A stretch of DNA of 64,000 nucleotides. Origin: an uncultured Anaerolinea sp. (GTDB taxonomy: Bacteria > Chloroflexota > Anaerolineae > Anaerolineales > UBA4823). The stretch lies in NCBI GenBank assembly GCA_964416275.1, contig CAYQDU010000001.1:6830-70829 (forward strand), read 5' to 3'. Positions 25,292 to 33,646 of the stretch are shown here, in pieces. Numbering within the stretch: position 1 is the first letter of the stretch; every line of letters begins with the position of its first letter. Made by a program: the position numbers and the translations under genes. The notes under the pieces were generated by a model. The model saw only the letters and a list, made by a program, of their open reading frames with translations. It made no database searches and was not told the origin of the DNA.

Positions 25292-27358
25292 TTAATATTC
25301 AAGCAGCGCCTGCACCGCCGCGGCGATCTTTTCGACCGAGGGGATGACCGCCTCCATCAACTTCAGGTTGTAGGGAATGGGCGTGTCTGGCACGGCCAGG
25401 CGCTGCACCGGGGCGTCCAGGCTGGTGAAGGCCTCCTGGGCAATGACGGCGGCAATCTCGGCCCCAAACCCGGCCGTCAGGGCGTCTTCGTGGACGATCA
25501 GAACCTTGCCGGTCTGCTGTACGCTGTCCAGCACAGCCTGGCGGTCCCAGGGGATGATGGTGCGCAGGTCGAGCAGGGTCACCCGGCTGGCGAAGGGCTG
25601 GACAGCCTCCAAACAGCGCGGCGTCATGCCGCCCCAGGTTACCAGGGTCAGCTCGCGGCCCTGGGTCAGGCGAGCGGCCTGGCCGAAGGGCAGGCAGAAA
25701 TCATCGCCGGGGTAGGGGCGGCGGCCTTCGGGCTGGTCGATCAGGGCGCGATGCTCGAAGAAGAAGGTCGGGTCGTCGCCGCGCAGGGCGCTGCGCAACA
25801 GGCCGGCCGCGTCTTCGGCGTTGCTGGGGAAGGCGATGCGCCAGCCCAGGGTGTGCGCGTAGACCGCCTCGGCGGTGACGCTGTGCCACGGGTCGCCGGT
25901 CTTTTTGCCAAAACCTACCGGGATGCGCACCACCAGTGGGGCGGCAAAGCGGTTGGCGGTGCGCCAGCGCAGAGTTCCGGCGTCGCTGATCTGTTCGTGG
26001 GCCGGGTCGGCGTATTTGCGGAACTGGATTTCCGGCGCGGGCAGCAGCCCGGCCAGGGCCATGCCCACCGCCCGGCCAATGATGCCGTCTTCGTTGAGCG
26101 AGGTGTCGAACACCCGCAGCGGGCCAAAGTGAGCCTGCATGTCGAGGGTGGCCCCATGCACCCCGCCTTTTACGCCCACATCTTCGCCAAACACCAGCAG
26201 GCGTGGGTTGCGAGCCATTTCAGCTTCCAGGGTGCGCCGCACGGCCTCCAGCAGGTTGATGCGCGGCCCACTGGGCTGGGGTGTGGGGCTGCCCAACGTC
26301 GGCAGAGCGCCTTCGGGGCGCAGCCCGCCCTGGGCCGGGGCCTGGCCGGAAAAGAACAGGTGGCGGGTCACGGTTTCGGGGGCCGGTTCGGGGGCGGCTT
26401 CGGCCTCCTGGCTGGCGGCCTGCAGCTCGGCCTGCACCTCGGCCTCCAGGGCCTGCCAGCGAGCCTCGGCCTGCGGGTCGGCCTGGGCCAGGAAGGCTCG
26501 CAGGCGCGGCAGCGGGTCGCGGGTCTGCTCGGCCTGGCGCTCTGCGGCCGTCTTGTAAGATTGATCGTCGATGAAGGTATGCCCGGCCAGGCGCACCACC
26601 CGCAGGTGCAGCAGGGCGGGCAGCCCCTGGCGCACATAGGTCACGGCCTGGCTGATCGCCCGCCAGGCTTCGAGCGGGTCGGTCCCGTCACAGTCGATGA
26701 TCTTGAGATTGGCGTAGGCGGCCAGGTTAGCGGCCAGGTTGCCGCCCGGCGTCTGGCAGTCGGCTGGCACCGAGATGCCGTAGGCGTTATTCTCGATGAA
26801 GAACAGCATGGGCAGGGTTTCCGTGGCGGCGATATTCAGGGCAGCCCAGAAGCCGTTGGCGGCTGTGCTGGCCTCGCCCCCAGCGGCCACAGCCAGCGCG
26901 CCCTGCCAATCGGCTTCGTTCAAGATGCGCCGGCGGTAGTGGATGGCCTGGGCCCAACCGGCGGCCGGGGTATACTGCGCCCCCACGTCGCCGGAGGCCG
27001 GCAGGATGGTCGGCCCGCCGCAATGGGGCAGGTTGAATACCACGCCCACATCCCGCCCATCGCTGGGGCCGCCGGCGCGGGCCATGCCGGCGGCCAGGGC
27101 TTCGGTCAGGCGCAACCCGCAGGCCAGCAGGAACGGCCGCGAGCGGTAATATACGGTGGCCGCGTCGTGCGGGTGATCCAGGGCCTGGGCCAGTAAAACC
27201 TGGCCCAGCTCGTGGCCCCCGGCCGAGAACTGGTACTTGACCTTGCCCTGCGGGGTGAGCTGTTCGACTTCTAATCGGTCGAGCTGGCGTGATTGCAGCA
27301 TCAGGTGGGCGACTTTCCACCAATCTATCGGCGGCAGGGGCGGGGTTTTACGAGGCAT
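25292..27358 (-). CDS. TPP-dependent 2-oxoacid dehydrogenase E1 component, fused alpha/beta subunits
   Basis: 688-aa ORF. E1-alpha-like half (GHELGQ..., AAGGEAS..., FFIENNAYGIS), an Ala/Glu-rich linker, then the E1-beta/transketolase-like half (LLVFGEDVGVKGGVHGAT, FDTSLNEDGIIG). Confidence 0.85.
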   Translation of the reverse strand: MPRKTPPLPPIDWWKVAHLMLQSRQLDRLEVEQLTPQGKVKYQFSAGGHELGQVLLAQALDHPHDAATVYYRSRPFLLACGLRLTEALAAGMARAGGPSDGRDVGVVFNLPHCGGPTILPASGDVGAQYTPAAGWAQAIHYRRRILNEADWQGALAVAAGGEASTAANGFWAALNIAATETLPMLFFIENNAYGISVPADCQTPGGNLAANLAAYANLKIIDCDGTDPLEAWRAISQAVTYVRQGLPALLHLRVVRLAGHTFIDDQSYKTAAERQAEQTRDPLPRLRAFLAQADPQAEARWQALEAEVQAELQAASQEAEAAPEPAPETVTRHLFFSGQAPAQGGLRPEGALPTLGSPTPQPSGPRINLLEAVRRTLEAEMARNPRLLVFGEDVGVKGGVHGATLDMQAHFGPLRVFDTSLNEDGIIGRAVGMALAGLLPAPEIQFRKYADPAHEQISDAGTLRWRTANRFAAPLVVRIPVGFGKKTGDPWHSVTAEAVYAHTLGWRIAFPSNAEDAAGLLRSALRGDDPTFFFEHRALIDQPEGRRPYPGDDFCLPFGQAARLTQGRELTLVTWGGMTPRCLEAVQPFASRVTLLDLRTIIPWDRQAVLDSVQQTGKVLIVHEDALTAGFGAEIAAVIAQEAFTSLDAPVQRLAVPDTPIPYNLKLMEAVIPSVEKIAAAVQALLEY

Positions 27359-27454
27359 GGGGCGCAGCCAAAGCTCCTTTGCAGCGAAAGATGAGAATAT
27401 TATACCTTGCAGTTTTGTAATTTTTTGTTAGACTCAATCCAGCAATCAGACGGG

Positions 27455-27790
27455 TACCACCCCATTCAACCGTGGAGCAGGCCTGGCGCTCTTTGAGCGC
27501 CTTCAAGAAAGAGAAGCTGCCTGGATTTTGCCGCCCGAAGCGCGCCGCCCGAAGCGCGCCGCCCGAAGGCGAAGTTCGCCCGTCATTCTCCCCCCGGTTG
27601 AGTGGGGAACCGCCGCCAGACGATTCCTACCCGTTTTTGAAAGAAGAAAAGCGGCTCTTCCGGCCTGGCCGGGGAATTTTCTGTTACTGGAGGGTTGCGG
27701 GGGGCAGCGCCCCCTGCAATCCTCCAAGATCGGTTAGCTCCCGCCTCCGGCGGAAGAGCCAGAAATCTAGGGTTGACCCAAGATGCGGTT
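27455..27790. repeat. Intergenic mosaic of hairpin modules (dispersed repeat family), largest copy
   Basis: TACCACCCCATTCAACCGTGGAGCAGG + GGCGCTC-ttt-GAGCGCC (27485-27501) matches the reverse complement of 34300-34345. Degenerate GGATTTTGCCGCCC module. Further hairpins include GGAGGGTTGCGGGGGGC-agc-GCCCCCTGCAATCCTCC near 27690-27727. Confidence 0.6.
27530..27571. repeat. 14-bp tandem triplication inside the repeat element
   Basis: GCCGCCCGAAGCGC, GCCGCCCGAAGCGC, GCCGCCCGAAGGCG head to tail. Confidence 0.7.
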
Positions 27791-29591
27791 CGCGCGGCGC
27801 TTTTTTCAGATAGGGCTCCTGGTCGGCCTGGCGTTTTTGCCGCTGGGCCTGGCCGGCGCGGCCGCGCCCGCCCCGGCCGAGGCTGCCCTGAGCGGGACGC
27901 TGACGGTGGTATGGGGCGACGCCCCCGGCGGTCAGCATACCCCGCCGCAGTACCGCCTGCACCTGGACGATGGCCGGATTGCACTGCTCCTTCCCACGCC
28001 GGGAGCGGGCTGGTCGCCCGACGACCTGCTGGCGGCCCGCGGCCAGCGGCTGCGGGTGAGCGGCGGTTGGGTCAGCCCGGCGGCCCGGGGCGATCTGCCG
28101 TCCCCGGCCGATCTGTATCAGGCCGAGCGCATCGAGCGGGCCGACGGCGCGGTTCGCCCGGCGGATGCGCCGCAGGTATTCGGCGCGCATCCCTGGATCA
28201 GCGTGCTGTGCCGCTTTAGCGATATCCCCGCTACCCCGCGCGACCAGGCTTATTTTCAAGAGATGTACGCCAACGCCCCTGGCCGGTTGGACCATTACTG
28301 GCGGGCCCAGTCGTATGGACTGGCGAATGTGGCCGGGTCGAGCGCGGTGGGCTGGGTCGATCTGCCGCAGCCGCGGGCGGCTTACGATTTGAATGGCGAC
28401 CCTCGCCAGTTCGACCTGAACCGGGCGGCGCAAGACTGCACTGCCGCCGTCGATGGGCAGGTGGATTTCTCGCAGTACGACGGGATCAACTTGATGTTCA
28501 ACGCTGCGCTGGATGGCTACGCCTGGGGCGGCCAGCACTGGTTCAACGCCGGGCTGGACGGCAAGCGCTATTTCTACGTCGCCTGGGTTCCGCCCTTCGG
28601 CTATACCGATATTACCGTCATCCAGCACGAGATGGGGCATGGCTTCGGGATGTCTCATTCTTCCTCTGGCGACGCCAAAAGCTACGATAACGCCTTCGAT
28701 GTGATGAGCGATTCGTGGCAGGGCTGCTACACCACCCCGGCCTTTCGCGATCGCGTCTATGGCTGCATGGGCCAGGGGACGATTGCCGATCACCGCAAGA
28801 AGTTGGGCTGGCTTGGCCCCGATCAGATCGAGACCGTTGAGCAGGGCCGCGCGGCCGAGGTGAGCCTGGGCTGGCTGGAAGCCGGCGAGCAGCCCGCCCC
28901 TGGCTACCGGATGATCCGCATTCCCCTGCCGGGGGGCAGCCGCTATTACACCGTCGAACTGCGCGGCTATGTCTATCAGGCTGGGCTGACCCCCTGGCCC
29001 GGCTATGACCAGAAATTCCGGCCTATCCTGGGGGCGGTGGGCGATCAGGCGGTGGTGATTCATCAGGTAGACCCGGCGCGAGAAAGCCCGGCCCACATCA
29101 TCGACCAGGATGGCAACGGCAACACCGCCGACGCTGGGGCTTACTTCCTGCCCGGCGAGAGCTACACCAGCCCCGACGGGCTGGTGAGCATCCGGGTGCT
29201 GGCCCTGGAGGCCGGGCAGGCCCGCCTGCACGTCAGCAATGGCCTGGCCTCCAGCGCCCCGCAGCGTTTGCAGATCAGCGGCCCAACCATGGGCGTGACC
29301 AACCAGGAATACACGTTTACGGCCTCGGTGCTGCCGCTGGAAGGCGCCGCCCCCATCACCTATACCTGGACGGCGGCCGGCCAGCCGTCGGTGATGCACG
29401 TCAACGGCGTCAGCGATGCCATTACCCTCTCGTGGGAAGTGAGCGGCACGCAGGCCCTCACCGTCACGGCGATCAACGCGTTGGGGGCGCTCACCCAGGG
29501 GTTGAGCTTTCCCGTACTGCGCCCGGACGCCGCTCCGGGGGTCTGCCCGCTCGCACAGCACTGCCTGCTGCTGGCGGTGGTGATGCGCTAG
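27783..29591 (+). CDS. Secreted metzincin-type zinc metalloprotease with C-terminal PKD/Ig-like unit
   Basis: Signal peptide MRFARRFFQIGLLVGLAFLPLGLAGAAAPAPAEA. Zinc motif HEMGHGFGMSH (HExxHxxGxxH). PKD-like YTFTASVLPLEGAAPITYTWTAAG. Hydrophobic C-terminal tail ending in R. Confidence 0.7.
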   Translation: MRFARRFFQIGLLVGLAFLPLGLAGAAAPAPAEAALSGTLTVVWGDAPGGQHTPPQYRLHLDDGRIALLLPTPGAGWSPDDLLAARGQRLRVSGGWVSPAARGDLPSPADLYQAERIERADGAVRPADAPQVFGAHPWISVLCRFSDIPATPRDQAYFQEMYANAPGRLDHYWRAQSYGLANVAGSSAVGWVDLPQPRAAYDLNGDPRQFDLNRAAQDCTAAVDGQVDFSQYDGINLMFNAALDGYAWGGQHWFNAGLDGKRYFYVAWVPPFGYTDITVIQHEMGHGFGMSHSSSGDAKSYDNAFDVMSDSWQGCYTTPAFRDRVYGCMGQGTIADHRKKLGWLGPDQIETVEQGRAAEVSLGWLEAGEQPAPGYRMIRIPLPGGSRYYTVELRGYVYQAGLTPWPGYDQKFRPILGAVGDQAVVIHQVDPARESPAHIIDQDGNGNTADAGAYFLPGESYTSPDGLVSIRVLALEAGQARLHVSNGLASSAPQRLQISGPTMGVTNQEYTFTASVLPLEGAAPITYTWTAAGQPSVMHVNGVSDAITLSWEVSGTQALTVTAINALGALTQGLSFPVLRPDAAPGVCPLAQHCLLLAVVMR

Positions 29592-30853
29592 GCCGGTTCG
29601 GCCAGGGCCCGCTGGATGATGCCGGCAGAGCGCAGGCCCAGCCAGGCGGTTTGGGCGGCGGTGCTGAGGGTCAGAGCCAGCATGCCCGCATACAGCCCGG
29701 CAACCTGGCCCCACAGCACGCCCAACCCCAAAATCATCCCGTTTACGATCAGGTAAACCGCCACGCTTTCGGTAATGCCGCGCGTGACGCGCCCATGCAA
29801 GATAGCGCCCTGGTACCAGCTTTGCAGCACGCTCAGAGCGGGCAGCGGCAGGGCGAACAGCAGCCCCGCGCGGGCCAGCTTCGCCAGGGCCGGTTCCAAC
29901 CCCATCACGCTTCCAAACCAGACGTCCGACAGAGGGGTAAAGGCGATCAGGGCCAGGGCGGCGGTGGTGGTCAGGATCAACCATTCGGCGAAGCGCTTGA
30001 GGCGGCGAGCCGCGCCGGGTTCGTCCAGCAGGGCCACCACCACTTCGTTATAGGCGATGCCCAGGCTGCGCAGCATAAACGCCAGCCCGGTAACCACCGA
30101 CCACACCGCCAGCGATTCGATGGCAAGCGGCATGCGGCTGATGGCCGCGCTGCCGATGGGATTCGCCAGCAGGGTCAGCAGTTGGGTCATCACCAGCGGC
30201 ACATAAAAGGCCCGGAAGGCGCCCCAGGTGAGGGCGGGCTGCACCGGCGGGGCCGACAGCAGATCGCCGAAGCGCACCGGGCGCACAGCCAGCCCGGCGT
30301 ACAGGGCTTCGCTCAGCACCCCGGCGGCTATGGCGCTGGTGCCGATGACGATGCCCGGCAGGCGGTCGGCCAGCGGCCCGTTCGCCAACTGGTAGCCGGC
30401 AATCAGCACGATCAGGTTGGCCGTCAGGCGCACCACTGTGCCGATGCCCACCGTGCGCGAGCGCCCAAAGCGGATGAGCGTTCCCTGGTTGAAGCGCCGA
30501 TAGGCAATCGACCAGGTCCAGGGGGTCATGATGATTAGCCCGATGCGGGCCGGTTCGACGATCTCGGCCGGCGCGCCGATCAGCCCCACCACGATGGGAT
30601 AGTACAGTGGGGTGAGGGCTACCAGCAGGTGCAGCCCGGTGAGCAGCGCGCCCGAGATCAACATGAAGCGGCGCAGTTTCAGGTATGAAGCCAGGTCTTT
30701 GCTCAAGGCGGTGGCAGCAGCCAGCAACATGATGATGGGCGACTCGAAGATCAACGCCAGCGGGAAGACCACCCCGCCGTAGGCCGCCAGGTGAATTTCC
30801 GGGTCGGGCAGGCGGGCGATCACCGCGCTCATGGCGGGCAGTTCCAGGGCCAT
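29588..30853 (-). CDS. MATE/MOP-superfamily-like polytopic transporter (start codon uncertain)
   Basis: 421-aa ORF with about 12 TM segments. ATG 30853 falls inside what looks like TM1: the upstream in-frame sequence RRIVATWWPLAASWLL has no ATG/GTG/TTG. Confidence 0.6.
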   Translation of the reverse strand: MALELPAMSAVIARLPDPEIHLAAYGGVVFPLALIFESPIIMLLAAATALSKDLASYLKLRRFMLISGALLTGLHLLVALTPLYYPIVVGLIGAPAEIVEPARIGLIIMTPWTWSIAYRRFNQGTLIRFGRSRTVGIGTVVRLTANLIVLIAGYQLANGPLADRLPGIVIGTSAIAAGVLSEALYAGLAVRPVRFGDLLSAPPVQPALTWGAFRAFYVPLVMTQLLTLLANPIGSAAISRMPLAIESLAVWSVVTGLAFMLRSLGIAYNEVVVALLDEPGAARRLKRFAEWLILTTTAALALIAFTPLSDVWFGSVMGLEPALAKLARAGLLFALPLPALSVLQSWYQGAILHGRVTRGITESVAVYLIVNGMILGLGVLWGQVAGLYAGMLALTLSTAAQTAWLGLRSAGIIQRALAEPA

Positions 30854-30961
30854 CAGCAGCCAGGAGGCGGCCAGCGGCCACCAGGTGGCAACGATGCGGC
30901 GAGTGGACAGGCCGGGGGTGATGGAAGGCGTTTGGCTACCGTGGTAAGGGGGGAGGAACGC

Positions 30962-31507
30962 TTACTCGATCCGAAGGGTGTCGCCGGGGCAAAGCCGCCC
31001 GGCCCGCTCGACCACCGCCACCAGGCCGCGCTTGCGCCGGCCCACTTTGGGGAACAGGCGAGCGGCCTCGGCCGCCCCGGTTTGGGCGGCGATGATACGG
31101 GCCGGGTCGCTGCATGGGTGGTTTTCGGCGGTAATCAGCAGTACGGCCCCGCTAGGGAAGAACAGGCGGGTGTTGGGCGGCAGTTGGGATAGCTGAGGCT
31201 GGCCCTGGAGGAGCAGGTTGGCCCCCAGCCATTCCGGGCGCACTTCGGCTACGCCCAGGGCGGCAGCCACCTCGGCCAACTCCTCGACCGAAACGATGGA
31301 CGCCTGGCGATCGTTGCGGATTTGGGTGCCGCGTGGGTACCACGGCCAGCGCCCATTCGAGCGGCGGGTGAAGCCGTAGTGCCGGTCGCCCACCAGCCCG
31401 GCCAGTTCAGCCTCGATGTGCGGCTGGGCGGTGGAGACCAGCGAATCAGCCTCCAGGGCCAGGTACACCCCGGCCAGGGTTGCGTTGAGGTAGGTAGAAT
31501 TTGACAT
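30962..31507 (-). CDS. MOSC-domain protein
   Basis: 181-aa ORF with MOSC-like pattern (GDRHYG, QASIVSVEELAEVA, GANLLLQG, TAENHPCSDPA with the conserved Cys). Confidence 0.7.
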   Translation of the reverse strand: MSNSTYLNATLAGVYLALEADSLVSTAQPHIEAELAGLVGDRHYGFTRRSNGRWPWYPRGTQIRNDRQASIVSVEELAEVAAALGVAEVRPEWLGANLLLQGQPQLSQLPPNTRLFFPSGAVLLITAENHPCSDPARIIAAQTGAAEAARLFPKVGRRKRGLVAVVERAGRLCPGDTLRIE

Positions 31508-31514
31508 GGGGGGT

Positions 31515-31520
31515 ATTATA
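31515..31520 (-). promoter_or_regulatory. Candidate -10 element giving a leaderless MOSC mRNA
   Basis: Perfect TATAAT (minus strand), 7 nt (ACCCCCC), then ATG 31507. No SD. Confidence 0.35.
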
Positions 31521-31550
31521 CGTTAATGTAAGCGATTGCGGGCCAGACGC

Positions 31551-31643
31551 GGTGCGACGCATCTGCTTTCGATGCGTCGCACCTGAGTGGAAGTGGGAGC
31601 TGGCGGGCCAGGCGCGTCGCGCCTGCTCTGGGCGCGACGCGCC
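31551..31643. repeat. Twin GC-rich 13-bp-stem hairpins
   Basis: GGTGCGACGCATC-tgctttc-GATGCGTCGCACC (31551-31583) and GGCGCGTCGCGCC-tgctctg-GGCGCGACGCGCC (31611-31643). The second lies 6 nt after the phosphatase stop codon. Confidence 0.6.
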
Positions 31644-31649
31644 ATTTAA

Positions 31650-32678
31650 TCATCCGGCTACGAAGCGCACGGCTACCAGGGTCAGGTCGTCTTCCTGGGG
31701 CTTGCCGGCGCTGAAATCGACAATCGCCTGGCGGGCCAGGCGCACCATCTCGTGGGCTGAAGGGCTGGCGGTCTGGACGGCGGCAGCCAGCCGCGCCCCA
31801 CCGAACGGCTCGCCGGCCGGGTTTTCGGCCTCCGTGGCCCCGTCGGTATAGAGCAGCAGCGCGTCGCCGGGGGCCAGTGGAATGCTGACCTGCGAGAACG
31901 TGGCTTCTTCCACCAGGCCGATGGCCGGGCCGGTGGGGGCCAGCCATTCGGTGGCCGGCCAGAACCCGCCCGCCCCGCGCAGCAGCAGGGGCGGGTTATG
32001 CCCGGCGTTGACATAGCTCAGGCGGCGCTCGTGCGGGTTATACATTCCCAGAAACAGGGTCACAAAGGTGGTGAACTGGCTGTTATGGATGAACAGCCGG
32101 TGGACGCGCTGGGCGACATCCAGCGGCGCGGCGCTGAGCGGGGCCAGGCTGCGCAGGGCGGCCTGGATCGAAGCCATGTGCAGCCCGGCCGAGATGCCAT
32201 GCCCGGCCACGTCGGCAATCGCCAGCCCCTGCAGGCCGTCGGGAAAGTCGAGAAAGTCGAAGTAATCGCCGCCCACGATCTGGGCCGGGCGGCTGAAGGC
32301 GGCTACTTCCAGGTAGGGCGTGTCTGGGGGCTGCTGGGGAAGCAGCGAGCGCTGTACGTTTTGAGCCAGCTCCAACTCGAATTCCAACTGGGCAGCCTGC
32401 TCAGCCGACATATCCCCTAAACATACGGCAGTGGTATAGTCCATTTCCAGCACCTCCGGTTCGATGGGATAGCCGCATACCTGGCATATCCCAAAGGAGT
32501 CGGTTTCGATCCGTTGCAAAACCCCCTCGATCACCTGCAGGTGGTCTTCGACGGCCCGTTCGCCGGCCGGGCCAAGGCGAGCCTGCCGTTCCGGGTGGGT
32601 CGCATGTTGCAGCCATCCGGCTACAAAATCGCGCTTGCCCAGTAAGCTGTCTCGAATCTGGCTGAGAGCCAACCCCAT
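31650..32678 (-). CDS. PP2C/SpoIIE-family phosphatase with N-terminal DksA/TraR-like zinc-finger region
   Basis: The track start 32780 is replaced by ATG 32678, which is preceded by SD AGGAGG (32685-32690). N-terminus VLQRIETDSFGICQVCGYPIEPEVLEMDYTTAVC (CxxC-x17-C). SpoIIE motifs GGDYFDF, IADVAGHGISAGLHM, YVNAGHNPP, LLLYTDGATE, DDLTLVAVRF. Confidence 0.8.
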   Translation of the reverse strand: MGLALSQIRDSLLGKRDFVAGWLQHATHPERQARLGPAGERAVEDHLQVIEGVLQRIETDSFGICQVCGYPIEPEVLEMDYTTAVCLGDMSAEQAAQLEFELELAQNVQRSLLPQQPPDTPYLEVAAFSRPAQIVGGDYFDFLDFPDGLQGLAIADVAGHGISAGLHMASIQAALRSLAPLSAAPLDVAQRVHRLFIHNSQFTTFVTLFLGMYNPHERRLSYVNAGHNPPLLLRGAGGFWPATEWLAPTGPAIGLVEEATFSQVSIPLAPGDALLLYTDGATEAENPAGEPFGGARLAAAVQTASPSAHEMVRLARQAIVDFSAGKPQEDDLTLVAVRFVAG

Positions 32679-32866
32679 GCTGTACCTCCTGAGAATTACG
32701 TGGGTTGGCAAAGGCCCGGCGCAGCCGCCCGTTTCTTCCCCAACCCACAGCGATTCGTGTGCGCAGCGCACATAAATCAAGAGAACTTATGTTCGATTAA
32801 TTATACCATAGATATTGAAAATTCAAGGGGTGTTTCTGAAATAAAATTGCGAGATCAACGCCGCGC

Positions 32867-33610
32867 TCAGGCCGGGGTCTCGCCCCATACCAGGGTATAG
32901 ACTTCGTGGGCCTGGGCTTTCCCGGCTGCGTAGTCTTGCTCCAGGCGAGCCAGCCCGGCCTGGTAGGCTGCTTCGGAGATCAGGCACAAGGAAGAATAGG
33001 CTTTGTTGCGGTAGCGTTCCAGCAGGGCCGGGGTGAAGGCCACCGCGCGGCGGGTGTGATCGAGCCAGGTTTGGCCGAACCCGGCGGTCTGCATGGCCTG
33101 CCGGATGCGCTCAAGGGTGGGATAGCGGCGCAGCTCTACGTCCACGATCTCTGGGAAATAGGCCGCCATGGTGCGGGCGCGGATGTCTGCGCTCGAGTCA
33201 GTGATGGTCAGAACCAACCCGGCCGGGCGCAAGACGCGGCGCATCTGGCTGAAGAAGTGTTCCAGGTCGGGGATGTAGTGGATCACGTCCACCGAGTAGG
33301 CCAGGTCGAAAGCCGCCTCGGGGTAGGGGAAGGCCACCCCGGCGTCGGCCTGCTGCAAACGCAGGCCAGGATTCTTCTGGCGGGCCTGTTCGATCATCCC
33401 GCCTGACTGGTCAAAGCCCTGCCCGGTCACATTCCATGCCTGGCTGAGGGCGTACAGAAAGTCGGCTGTGCCGCAGCCGACTTCGAGAATGTCTTGATGG
33501 GAACGATCTTGCAGGGTTTCCAGCACACGGGCCAGGGTGGCCGGGCTGGCGCTGCGGTTGGCGGCGTAGGTGGCCGCGATGGCGTTATAGTCGATGTCGA
33601 GAGAGGACAT
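32867..33610 (-). CDS. Class I SAM-dependent methyltransferase
   Basis: 247-aa ORF with SAM-binding motif I ILEVGCGTADF and post-I acidic residue. Confidence 0.8.
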   Translation of the reverse strand: MSSLDIDYNAIAATYAANRSASPATLARVLETLQDRSHQDILEVGCGTADFLYALSQAWNVTGQGFDQSGGMIEQARQKNPGLRLQQADAGVAFPYPEAAFDLAYSVDVIHYIPDLEHFFSQMRRVLRPAGLVLTITDSSADIRARTMAAYFPEIVDVELRRYPTLERIRQAMQTAGFGQTWLDHTRRAVAFTPALLERYRNKAYSSLCLISEAAYQAGLARLEQDYAAGKAQAHEVYTLVWGETPA

Positions 33611-33646
33611 AAGCCTCCGCGCGGATGGGTAGATTTTGGAGCCGGG

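Noticed and set aside
27472-27813. Small ORFs translated from the repeat elements (27472-27813, 34134-34328, 38729-39136, 38779-39018, 44388-44597, 55745-55933), which share peptide strings such as MEQAWRS..AFKK and DFVA.SATKST
   Set aside because: The similarity comes from the dispersed DNA hairpin modules read in arbitrary frames and orientations. There are no SDs and the ORF boundaries are inconsistent.
27684-29984. 766-aa minus-strand ORF antisense to the metalloprotease gene
   Set aside because: Arg/Gly/Pro/Ala-rich with no motif, signal or SD. The plus frame carries a signal peptide, HExxHxxGxxH and a PKD-like unit. A typical high-GC shadow ORF.
30854-30964. Programmed readthrough producing a MOSC-transporter fusion
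   Set aside because: The frames coincide, but a soluble MOSC domain fused to a polytopic transporter N-terminus has no precedent I know of. A non-canonical start or sequence error is more parsimonious. Kept only as a low-interest note.
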